A stretch of 32,000 bases of DNA. It comes from Coprobacillaceae bacterium (GTDB taxonomy: Bacteria > Bacillota_I > Bacilli_A > Erysipelotrichales > Coprobacillaceae). Within the stretch, counting starts at the first letter, position 1. The number at the start of each line of letters is the position of its first letter. Location of the stretch: positions 2,593,388 through 2,625,387 of the forward strand of contig OY780959.1 of NCBI GenBank assembly GCA_963675915.1. Reading direction: 5' to 3'. A program made the position numbers and the translations under genes. The notes under the pieces are model-generated. The model was not told the DNA's origin and did no database searches. It was given only the letters and a program-made list of their open reading frames with translations. Below, in pieces: positions 17,107-24,417 of the stretch.

Positions 17107-17865
17107 ATGAAAATGCCTGCGATTTTCGTCGGTCATGGTTCACCGATGAATGCGATTGAAGACAACAAATATTCAAATACCTGGAAAAAGATCGGAAAGA
17201 GATTTCAGCCAAAAGCCATTTTGATGATCTCGGCCCACTGGTATGTCAATAAAACAGCCACCCAGGATGCAGCCGATCCGAACCAAATTTATGATATGTA
17301 CGGATTCCCGGATGAACTTTTTCAGTTGAAATATTCGGCACGCGGTGATAAAAAACTGACTGCCACGGTGCTCGAGGAACTAGGTGATTCGGTTGTAATC
17401 GACAACTCTTGGGGAATTGATCACGGGGCTTGGTCAGTTTTGGTGCACATGTACCCGGATGCTTCAATTCCAGTGGTCCAATTAAGTGTAAACCGGTCGA
17501 AATCACCCCAGGAGCAATATGATCTTGGGGTAAAGCTGGCGCATTTGCGGGAGCTTGGCTATATGATCATTGCCAGTGGAAATATCGTCCATAATCTTCG
17601 GCTTGTCAATTTCGGGCAAAACGAACCGTTTGACTGGGCAATCAGATTTGATGATTACATCGAGAAGGCGATAACCGCTCGGGAATTTGACAAATGTATC
17701 AGCTACACCTTGGAACCTTCATCAAAACTTGCAGTTCCGACACCCGATCATTACTATCCGTTGCTGACAATGTTGGGAACTACGGGCAAAGATGACCAAA
17801 TCACGGTTTTCAACAAGGGCTACGAATATGGCAGCCTTTCGATGACTGGTTATATCTTTGAATAA
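17107..17865 (+). CDS. ygiD: 4,5-DOPA dioxygenase extradiol (class III extradiol dioxygenase, YgiD-like)
   Basis: 252 aa. MPAIFVGHGSPMNAIEDNKYSNTWKKIG and ISAHW closely match my recollection of the YgiD/LigB-type N-terminus. Confidence 0.8.
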   Translation: MKMPAIFVGHGSPMNAIEDNKYSNTWKKIGKRFQPKAILMISAHWYVNKTATQDAADPNQIYDMYGFPDELFQLKYSARGDKKLTATVLEELGDSVVIDNSWGIDHGAWSVLVHMYPDASIPVVQLSVNRSKSPQEQYDLGVKLAHLRELGYMIIASGNIVHNLRLVNFGQNEPFDWAIRFDDYIEKAITAREFDKCISYTLEPSSKLAVPTPDHYYPLLTMLGTTGKDDQITVFNKGYEYGSLSMTGYIFE

Positions 17866-17883
17866 ACTAAAAAACTTAACAAA

Positions 17884-17891
17884 AAAATCAC
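17884..17891. repeat. Target-site duplication, left copy (AAAATCAC) of IS copy 1
   Basis: The identical octamer recurs immediately after the other IS end, at 20167-20174. Confidence 0.9.
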
Positions 17892-17984
17892 GGTACTCTA
17901 AAATAACTTGAGGTAGCACTTGTTATAAGCAATAGAATTATTTGATGTGCTTACTACCTCATGAATGATTAGAGCCACAATAGG

Positions 17985-18019
17985 GTGACTGGAAATCTTA
18001 TGATTTCCAGTCACTTTTT
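17985..18019 (+). terminator. Perfect 13-bp hairpin plus T5 inside the IS end, oriented to stop plus-strand transcription entering the IS
   Basis: GTGACTGGAAATC-TTAT-GATTTCCAGTCAC-TTTTT. It abuts the transposase stop codon. The T tract follows the hairpin on the plus strand only. Confidence 0.6.
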
Positions 18020-19437
18020 CATTTTGTCGAGGGGTAGATATAGTAATTCACATCATCGTTCAAGACATATAGCACCCTGCTTCGGAATCTTTCCCAGTTA
18101 TTATAGCCATTGGCGTTTCGTTTGATGCTTTTTATGGTTTTGTTTCTGTTTTCGATTATTCCATTATTGATTTTATGACCTTTGGTTATTTCGATGAACG
18201 AATTGATTATTTCGTTCTTCCACCTAACCATCGTATTAGCGAAATCGTTCATTCCTTTTACATTGCTTTTTCTAAATTCGTCAATTATTTCCTCAAGGTT
18301 CCGTTTCGCTGTTTTATAATTGCTCTTTTTAAAGAATCTTATTACTTCATCTTTTAAATCTACAGCTTCTTCGAGTTGTGGGTCGATTTTCATTATGTAG
18401 TCAAGAAGATCATAGGGATTGTAATAACCTTCAAGCACTCTATTGTATTTCTTTTTGACGTTCGGATCGAATATCTTTGGATCATTCTTGTAAAGAAGCC
18501 AATTGAATTTTTTGAGCACATAATATTGCTTCTTACGTTCTTTGATTTCTACAATCTCTTTTGGGGTGAGATTCTCCTTAATTAGATTTGGTGGAACTTT
18601 GACCTTGTTCATAACATCGATTCTAACTCTGTCAACCTTCTTGGTAAGCTCCTGGATTACATGAAACTTGTCACAGGCCACAACGGCATTTGGGAATACA
18701 CGCTTGCTTACGATTCGATAAGTTTCCCACATATCAGTTGATACGACTTTAACTATTTCCCGTTCTTTCCTGGGAATCAGGGTGAAGTAGTTAAGCAAAC
18801 TGTATTTTTTTCGATCTGGCAACAGATCAATTATTTTCTGGTTTTGATAATCAAGCAGCACGCAAACATAGTTGCTTCTTTTCGATTTGAAGGCATAAAC
18901 TTCATCAATGCAGATATACTCCGGCAGCGTTCTTCTTGATACTCTTACATGCTTGTCAAATATCGAAGCAACTGTGGTGGGCGATATGTTGTGACGATAA
19001 GCAACGCTCTTGAATGTTTCATTAAACGATTTCAAATCCTTCAGGACATTATATACGGTCGCCAAAGAGATTTTCATACCTTTGAGGGTGAACGGATTGT
19101 GTTCATAGAATGTTTTGTTGCAGGCGGGGCATTTGTGCCTGCGGGCATGGTAGTTGATATAGCAAGGAATACCATTTAGGATAGAGTGGGTTATTTTCTT
19201 GTTAACGTAGTTATTGACGATGGTGGTCTCGGTTCCGCAGACCGGGCATATGTGGGGGACACATTCAAGTTCAACATACACATTAACACCATCAAACTGA
19301 TGATTGACATGGATTTTCTTAATCCGTTTGTCTTCAAGATTGAATAGTTTTCTAATATAAATGTCATCAATAGACGCACCCGTGTTAGGATTCGTCGCCA
19401 AACACGTAGAAAGATTAGACTTATTATTCGATTCCAT
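18019..19437 (-). CDS. ISL3-family DDE transposase
   Basis: 472 aa. It has an N-terminal zinc ribbon CPVCG-x35-CPACN, the CDKFHVIQ motif and the C-terminal NNGIIENRNKTIKSIKRNANGYNNWERFRSRVL signature characteristic of ISL3 transposases. Strong RBS AGGAGGA. Confidence 0.92.
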   Translation of the reverse strand: MESNNKSNLSTCLATNPNTGASIDDIYIRKLFNLEDKRIKKIHVNHQFDGVNVYVELECVPHICPVCGTETTIVNNYVNKKITHSILNGIPCYINYHARRHKCPACNKTFYEHNPFTLKGMKISLATVYNVLKDLKSFNETFKSVAYRHNISPTTVASIFDKHVRVSRRTLPEYICIDEVYAFKSKRSNYVCVLLDYQNQKIIDLLPDRKKYSLLNYFTLIPRKEREIVKVVSTDMWETYRIVSKRVFPNAVVACDKFHVIQELTKKVDRVRIDVMNKVKVPPNLIKENLTPKEIVEIKERKKQYYVLKKFNWLLYKNDPKIFDPNVKKKYNRVLEGYYNPYDLLDYIMKIDPQLEEAVDLKDEVIRFFKKSNYKTAKRNLEEIIDEFRKSNVKGMNDFANTMVRWKNEIINSFIEITKGHKINNGIIENRNKTIKSIKRNANGYNNWERFRSRVLYVLNDDVNYYIYPSTK

Positions 19438-19505
19438 ACGTTTTCCTCCTAAAATTCATTTTACAAGTAGATTGTACAAATAAACCCGGTTTAATCGTAT
19501 GAAAG

Positions 19506-19919
19506 TTATGTGGTAATGAAGATACAGTCAAATTTTCTTGATTTTAGAATACAAAAATCTTCATAGCTTAGATTGATGTCGAAAGACTGCCGCAGATAAC
19601 TGAGATACGAAGGATCGTAATGGTTGTTGTTTACAATGATAGAAACTATGTCATCTTTTGACAAAATTGAGAATGGAACCATTGATTCAATCAGGATGGC
19701 ATGAGTTCTACCGCAGTCCCCGCAAATGAGCCTCATGATCCTAATTTTGAATTTGAGACCTAAAAACGACACATTTCTAACGTAGTAGGAATGTGTCTTG
19801 AAAGAGTTTGTCGCACCACAAGAGCAGCTCATTTGTGAAAAATTGATTGAATTAACTGTGTTGGAGTAGGATTTTTGGTTGATATACTTGATTTTTGTTT
19901 CATTTTTTATTATTATCAT
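19506..19919 (-). CDS. IS-encoded 137-aa zinc-ribbon protein (possibly DUF6431-like), upstream of and co-oriented with the transposase
   Basis: CSCG-x31-CGDCGRTH is a two-knuckle layout like the transposase N-terminus. The protein sequence is identical in both IS copies despite two synonymous DNA differences. Confidence 0.6.
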   Translation of the reverse strand: MIIIKNETKIKYINQKSYSNTVNSINFSQMSCSCGATNSFKTHSYYVRNVSFLGLKFKIRIMRLICGDCGRTHAILIESMVPFSILSKDDIVSIIVNNNHYDPSYLSYLRQSFDINLSYEDFCILKSRKFDCIFITT

Positions 19920-19934
19920 ATTGTTCTTATGAGC

Positions 19935-19976
19935 AGATAGAAATCAAACTTGGTAGGGGAGATTTCTATCTTTTTT
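19935..19976 (+). terminator. Hairpin plus T tract between the IS ORF start and the IS end
   Basis: AGATAGAAATC-15 nt-GATTTCTATCT-TTTTT. It has terminator geometry on the plus strand. On the minus strand it lies in the 5' leader of the 137-aa ORF. Confidence 0.45.
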
Positions 19977-20012
19977 CCTTTCTAAAAGATGTTTATATAC
20001 TAATATGATACC

Positions 20013-20063
20013 AAAAAAACAGGCAAAGCACCAAAATGAATCATGGAGCTAAGCCTGTTTTTT
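20013..20063. terminator. A-tract/long imperfect hairpin/T-tract, bidirectional terminator-like element near the upstream IS end
   Basis: AAAAAAACAGGC...GCCTGTTTTTT. It could block read-through into the IS from the flanking DNA on the minus strand. Confidence 0.5.
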
Positions 20064-20166
20064 AGAATTAAACCTCAACAATCGTTGTAGCTAATAAATG
20101 GTCCTACAAAAGTAAACCATCACTCATATTGTTCGGAGCGGCAATATTAAACTATCTTAGATACTC

Positions 20167-20174
20167 AAAATCAC
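20167..20174. repeat. Target-site duplication, right copy (AAAATCAC) of IS copy 1
   Basis: Identical to 17884-17891. Confidence 0.9.
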
Positions 20175-20211
20175 TATGACCCTTGAATGGAAACCGGGCG
20201 ATAGTGATTTT
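20167..20211. terminator. Bidirectional intrinsic terminator downstream of msrB (shared with ygiD before the IS inserted)
   Basis: AAAATCACTAT-23 nt-ATAGTGATTTT, an 11-bp perfect stem flanked by A and T tracts. It starts 2 nt after the msrB stop. Confidence 0.75.
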
Positions 20212-20213
20212 TA

Positions 20214-20663
20214 TTATTGTTCAAAAAGTTTGAGAAATTCTGTGTAGCCTTCCTCTTCAAGTTTTTCAACCGGAATGAATCGCAGTGAGGCACTGTTGAT
20301 GCAGTAGCGCATTCCGCCTTGATCGATAGGTCCATCATTGAAAACATGACCCAGATGGCTGTCTCCGATTGTCGAGCGCACTTCGGTTCTATCCATATTG
20401 TGGCTAGTATCTCTTTTGTAGTTGACTGATTTTTTTTCAATCGGTTTGGTAAAACTTGGCCAGCCGCAATGGGAGTCAAACTTTTCCTTTGAAGTGAACA
20501 ACGGTTCCCCGGTTACAATATCAACGTAGATACCCGGGTCTTTCTTGTCGTGGAATTCATTTCGAAACGGGGCCTCGGTCCCGTTGTTTTGGGTAACTTC
20601 GAACTGTTCTTTTGAAAGTTTCCGGCGGATTTCCTCCAACTCCGGTTTGGTGTATTTTTTCAT
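20214..20663 (-). CDS. msrB: Peptide-methionine (R)-S-oxide reductase
   Basis: 149 aa. It has the [15 protein letters not shown] and RYCINS catalytic-Cys motifs. It lies 24 nt downstream of mrpD with no terminator in between. Confidence 0.92.
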   Translation of the reverse strand: MKKYTKPELEEIRRKLSKEQFEVTQNNGTEAPFRNEFHDKKDPGIYVDIVTGEPLFTSKEKFDSHCGWPSFTKPIEKKSVNYKRDTSHNMDRTEVRSTIGDSHLGHVFNDGPIDQGGMRYCINSASLRFIPVEKLEEEGYTEFLKLFEQ

Positions 20664-20687
20664 CTAATCAACCTTTCTTTAAAAAAA

Positions 20688-22289
20688 TTAAAGACCGAAC
20701 TGAATCAGCAGCATAATCAAAAAACCGGTGAAAAAAGCAACTATGGTCATGATTATCTCATTGAACGTCAGTTCAATTTCCTGGATTCGAGTGAATATTC
20801 GCGTCCTTTGATATACGTATTTATAAAAGATGAATCCTGTGGCTAGGGTGAAAAGGTAGATCGCAATTTTTTCCACATAACTGGAAATCGACACATTGAC
20901 GTTGAAATCAAACAGGAATCTCATAAACGATGAACCGAATACCCCACCTAAAAAACAGGTTGCTCCAAGCAAGGATATCACCAAGAGTTGATTCCATTCG
21001 ACCTTGTGGCCTTTTTTGGAATCGCCCAGGAACATGGTCGAGTATTTGATGAAAATCAGAATGGTTCCAACGTTGATAATGAAGAACGCAATTTCAAAAA
21101 GAATTGAATCGCTCATTCCCTTGTGGATCAGATTCTTTGAAAAACTCCCGTTGAACAGCGGCGCTCCGGTGATACCTAACATGGCAAATACCGATGCTAC
21201 TGAAACATAAGGCATCCGTTTGAATACCCCGGAGATATTGCGGATATCACGGGTGTGATATTCGTGAACAATCATTCCGGCTGTCAAAAAGAGGGTTGTT
21301 TTGAAAATTGCATGATTGAGAATATGGTAGATTGCCCCCCAGTATCCGTATTGGGAATTCAATGAAAGGCCAAAGACAATTACTCCGATCTGACTTACTG
21401 TGCTGTAAGCTAGAATTAGTTTCAGGTCGTTTTGACTTAAAGCAAAGATCCAACCCACTACGGCGGTGATGAATCCGAAAATCATAAAGACGACAAGTTC
21501 ATTGAACACCGGCTGGAACAGATTGAAAATCCGGATAAAAAGATAGATTCCGCCTTTTACATAAAGTCCAGAAAGAATGGCTGAAACTATGGATGGCGCA
21601 CTTGCGGTTCCATGGGCTTTGGGCAGCCAGCTAAATAGCGGCATCAATGCCGATTTGAGATCCACTGCGGTTATCATCAGGGCAAAAGGCAGAATCAATG
21701 TCTGTTTGTTTTCCACAAGTAAGATCTTTTCACTGAGTATAGTCAGATCGGTTGTTCCAAAGATCCGGTACATGTACCCGATTCCCAGTAAAAACAGGGT
21801 CATTGAAGCGAGGTTGGTGAAAAGATAGATAACCCCGTCATAGATCGATTTGGAGTCCTTCTTGAAGACAATCAGGATGGTCACGACGATGGTTGAAACC
21901 TCGATGATGACATAGATATTGAAAAGGTCATTGGAAAGGAAGAGTCCGCAAATCAGACCTTCAAGAACTGTGAAAAGAAAAAGGAAAAGATGATTGAGGT
22001 AGCTTGATTGGAGATTGTAGAGTAGCATGCAGGTGAAAATGAAAATCGTCAAAGCCACCATCACGCTTGAAAACAGATCAGCTTTAAGGGCAATTCCGAC
22101 TCCAAAATCATACCCTCCGACCACTTCCATCTTGACGCCATTTTGTCTGACCTCGATAAAATTGACAACTGAAAGGATAAAAAAACCGAATTGAATCAAA
22201 AGAACGAATATTTTGGTCCGGTATGAATGAGAAAAATAAGAGATGAGACCGATGATTATCGGCAAAACGATAAACCAGTACAGGGACAT
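20688..22289 (-). CDS. mrpD: Mrp/Mnh antiporter subunit D (NuoN/MbhH-type proton-conducting membrane subunit)
   Basis: 533 aa and polytopic, with the WLPKAHGTASAPSIVSA... and ILAYSTVSQIG motifs of the Proton_antipo_M family. ATGA overlap with mrpC. Confidence 0.85.
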   Translation of the reverse strand: MSLYWFIVLPIIIGLISYFSHSYRTKIFVLLIQFGFFILSVVNFIEVRQNGVKMEVVGGYDFGVGIALKADLFSSVMVALTIFIFTCMLLYNLQSSYLNHLFLFLFTVLEGLICGLFLSNDLFNIYVIIEVSTIVVTILIVFKKDSKSIYDGVIYLFTNLASMTLFLLGIGYMYRIFGTTDLTILSEKILLVENKQTLILPFALMITAVDLKSALMPLFSWLPKAHGTASAPSIVSAILSGLYVKGGIYLFIRIFNLFQPVFNELVVFMIFGFITAVVGWIFALSQNDLKLILAYSTVSQIGVIVFGLSLNSQYGYWGAIYHILNHAIFKTTLFLTAGMIVHEYHTRDIRNISGVFKRMPYVSVASVFAMLGITGAPLFNGSFSKNLIHKGMSDSILFEIAFFIINVGTILIFIKYSTMFLGDSKKGHKVEWNQLLVISLLGATCFLGGVFGSSFMRFLFDFNVNVSISSYVEKIAIYLFTLATGFIFYKYVYQRTRIFTRIQEIELTFNEIIMTIVAFFTGFLIMLLIQFGL

Positions 22290-22639
22290 CAGTCTTCCTC
22301 CTTTCTCTTCTGGATGATTTTACTCCAGTTGGTCGAACCGTAGTGATGATAAAGGCTGATGAACATCGTGAGGCCGACTGCGGTTACGGCGACCCCGATT
22401 ACAATTGCGGTTATCATCAGGGCCTGCGGGAAAGGATCGGCCATGTTCTGGGCATCTCCGATGGGAGGGTTGGCTCCGTAATGGTAATTGGTATTCAGGA
22501 AGAATAAAATGATGGCCGCCTGGATAATCCCGAATGACATGATTGTTTTGATGATGTTGCGACGGGCCAGTAGTCCGTAAACTCCAATTGAGAATAGCGC
22601 CAAAGCGATTATTGATCCGTCTAAAATTCCTTCTCCCAT
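22289..22639 (-). CDS. mrpC: Mrp/Mnh antiporter subunit C (NuoK-like)
   Basis: Start moved to ATG 22639, preceded by AGGTGAT. The sequence is MGEGILDGSIIALALFSIGVYGLLARRNIIKTIMSFGIIQAAIILFF. The ORF-track extension to 22684 overlaps mrpB. Confidence 0.8.
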   Translation of the reverse strand: MGEGILDGSIIALALFSIGVYGLLARRNIIKTIMSFGIIQAAIILFFLNTNYHYGANPPIGDAQNMADPFPQALMITAIVIGVAVTAVGLTMFISLYHHYGSTNWSKIIQKRKEED

Positions 22640-22643
22640 TCCA

Positions 22644-23030
22644 TCACCTGCTTTCAAACAGGACGAAGCGGTAGAAAATAACACTCAGTCCGCAAGCGAC
22701 TTTAAGGCCGATCAGGATATTCATGGTCACCAGATAGTAAGGTTTGAAAAGATCGGGAATGCTGTTTCTAAACTCGAATATGAACAGGATTGCCAAAAGC
22801 AAAAGGGTCAAATAGAGTATTTTTTCGATCTTGTTTAGCAGGTTGAGACTCGCTGTTTTTTCATAAGTGGTAAAATACTGGACAATGAATACCGCCGAAA
22901 GAATGGCACCTCCCTGGAATCCGCCCCCAGGTGAAGTGTGACCGTTGATGATGACATAGAGGCCAAAAACAATAATGAAGGGATAAATAGCTCCCATGGT
23001 CACTCTAAGTAATTTTGAATGTTGTTCCAT
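22644..23030 (-). CDS. mrpB: Mrp/Mnh antiporter subunit B core (MnhB domain, MbhF-like)
   Basis: 128 aa with the GHTSPGGGFQGGAILSA motif. Confidence 0.8.
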   Translation of the reverse strand: MEQHSKLLRVTMGAIYPFIIVFGLYVIINGHTSPGGGFQGGAILSAVFIVQYFTTYEKTASLNLLNKIEKILYLTLLLLAILFIFEFRNSIPDLFKPYYLVTMNILIGLKVACGLSVIFYRFVLFESR

Positions 23031-23299
23031 CAGTAGTCCCCCTCGTGACGTGAAAAATAGATGATTCCAATGACGCTGACCAGAAGCAGCAAGGTCTCGA
23101 ACAGGGTGTCAAACATCCGGTAGTCCAGATAGATGGCGGTAACTGAATTGACAGCCCCGGTTTCGGCCATGAAATTGGTGGTTATATATTCATACAAGTC
23201 TGTCGCCGAGTCCAGCGGTTGGACCTGAATGATGACAATAAGTCCAAACAACAAGACCAACCATAAGGCAATAAGTTTTCTTCTAAGCAATTTAATCAT
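23030..23299 (-). CDS. MbhE-like small membrane subunit (N-terminal piece of a split MrpB)
   Basis: Start moved to ATG 23299 (MIKLLRRKLIALWLVLLFG...). It has the motif ETGAVNSVTAIYLDYRMFDTLFE. It overlaps the upstream gene by 8 nt. The ORF-track extension to 23473 lies inside the upstream gene. Confidence 0.7.
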   Translation of the reverse strand: MIKLLRRKLIALWLVLLFGLIVIIQVQPLDSATDLYEYITTNFMAETGAVNSVTAIYLDYRMFDTLFETLLLLVSVIGIIYFSRHEGDY

Positions 23300-23858
23300 C
23301 CTCCTCGCCGTTTGATAGCGTCCAGTCTTCACCTTCAATGAATTTACCTTTTTCAAGCAGACCGGATTCACGTTTGAGATAGTCCAATAGGATATTGTAT
23401 TGGTAACTGTTTTTGACCCCGTGGAGCCAAATTCCATTAGGATTGTGGAATATGATGACATCGCAGGTGGCACTGTCTTTGAGTTTGGTGAAACTTGTTG
23501 AAGTATTGATCAGATCGAGCTGGAGTTCCTGATTCTGGGTGAAGTGGAGCAGGACCGACAGAATCTGATTTTTTTCAGCCATCACCATTTCCGATAACTC
23601 GTCGTCATTAACATAGCTGTTGTAATAGACGGTGAATATCTTGTACTTTTTTAAAGCGACCAGATAAAGAATTGTCGACAGCGTGCAACCGATCGTTGCC
23701 TCGGCAATCGCCACATCCGGAGCCCCGAGCAAAAGATAGACAATGGAACAGATAAGTGAAAATACGGACAGATAGATTACGGCCTTGCGCAATTCATGGG
23801 CCTGGATTGTTATTATGGCAAAAACAATCAAACTAAGATAAAAAATATCAAGGATCAT
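23292..23858 (-). CDS. DUF4040/MbhD-like membrane subunit with an extra ~115-aa hydrophilic C-terminal domain
   Basis: The N-terminal ~73 aa, ...LLLGAPDVAIAEATIGCTLSTILYLVAL, match the MrpA-C-terminal/MbhD module. The remainder (YNSYVNDDELSEMV...EDWTLSNGEEDD) has no TM segment. Confidence 0.7.
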   Translation of the reverse strand: MILDIFYLSLIVFAIITIQAHELRKAVIYLSVFSLICSIVYLLLGAPDVAIAEATIGCTLSTILYLVALKKYKIFTVYYNSYVNDDELSEMVMAEKNQILSVLLHFTQNQELQLDLINTSTSFTKLKDSATCDVIIFHNPNGIWLHGVKNSYQYNILLDYLKRESGLLEKGKFIEGEDWTLSNGEEDD

Positions 23859-24163
23859 TTTTTGCGCCGCCTTTCCGGATTATAGTTGCTGGAATGAGCC
23901 CCGCGGCCCAGGATGTGGTTGGAAAGTGGGTTCAAAAGAAGCATCAAAAACAAAATGAATCCGATTTTCAAAGAGGCCATTGAGGGGCCCATATAAACAA
24001 TCAGGCCCAGTAAAATGGTGACCAGACCGGCCGAATCAATCAGTGATGATATTGCCAAAGACACATAAAAGTCCTGATATTTCGTGATACCATACATGCC
24101 AAAAAGCTGGAAGCCGATTCCGGCTATTATGATTACACTACCGATAATTTCATTTAGAGACAT
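23855..24163 (-). CDS. mrpG: Mrp/Mnh antiporter subunit G
   Basis: 102 aa with 3 TM segments. The sequence IIGSVIIIAGIGFQLFGMYGITKYQDFYVSLAISSLIDSAG is typical of MnhG/PhaG. Confidence 0.8.
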   Translation of the reverse strand: MSLNEIIGSVIIIAGIGFQLFGMYGITKYQDFYVSLAISSLIDSAGLVTILLGLIVYMGPSMASLKIGFILFLMLLLNPLSNHILGRGAHSSNYNPERRRKK

Positions 24164-24417
24164 CAGATTTTCCCCTTTCGTTGGATGAAACGGGCCGTAA
24201 AAGCAATCCCGATGAAGCCTAGCAAGGCATAGACAATCGCAATGTCCAACAAAAAGTCCAATTGCTCGATCAAGGCATAAATAATCATGACAATCAACAT
24301 GGTCACAAAGAAGAGATTGAGACTCAACAGCCGATCCCAGATTGAGGGACCTTTGATGATCCGGTACAGATAAAAGATACTCATCAGCGAGAATCCGACA
24401 AAGAAAGCACTAAGCAT
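24163..24417 (-). CDS. mrpF: Mrp/Mnh antiporter subunit F
   Basis: Start moved to ATG 24417 (MLSAFFVGFSLMSIFYLYRIIKGPSIWDRLLSLNLF...). 8-nt overlap with mrpE. The ORF-track extension to 24522 lies inside mrpE. Confidence 0.8.
   Translation of the reverse strand: MLSAFFVGFSLMSIFYLYRIIKGPSIWDRLLSLNLFFVTMLIVMIIYALIEQLDFLLDIAIVYALLGFIGIAFTARFIQRKGKI

Larger units (their letters stand above)
17892..20166 (-). mobile_element. ISL3-family insertion sequence, copy 1 (2275 bp, two ORFs)
   Basis: It aligns base for base with 29682-31956 at a constant offset of 11790. Terminal inverted repeats are imperfect: GGTACTCTAAAATAACTT against the reverse complement of the other end, GAGTATCTAAGATAGTTT. It has an 8-bp TSD and carries an ISL3-type transposase. 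Confidence 0.92.
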
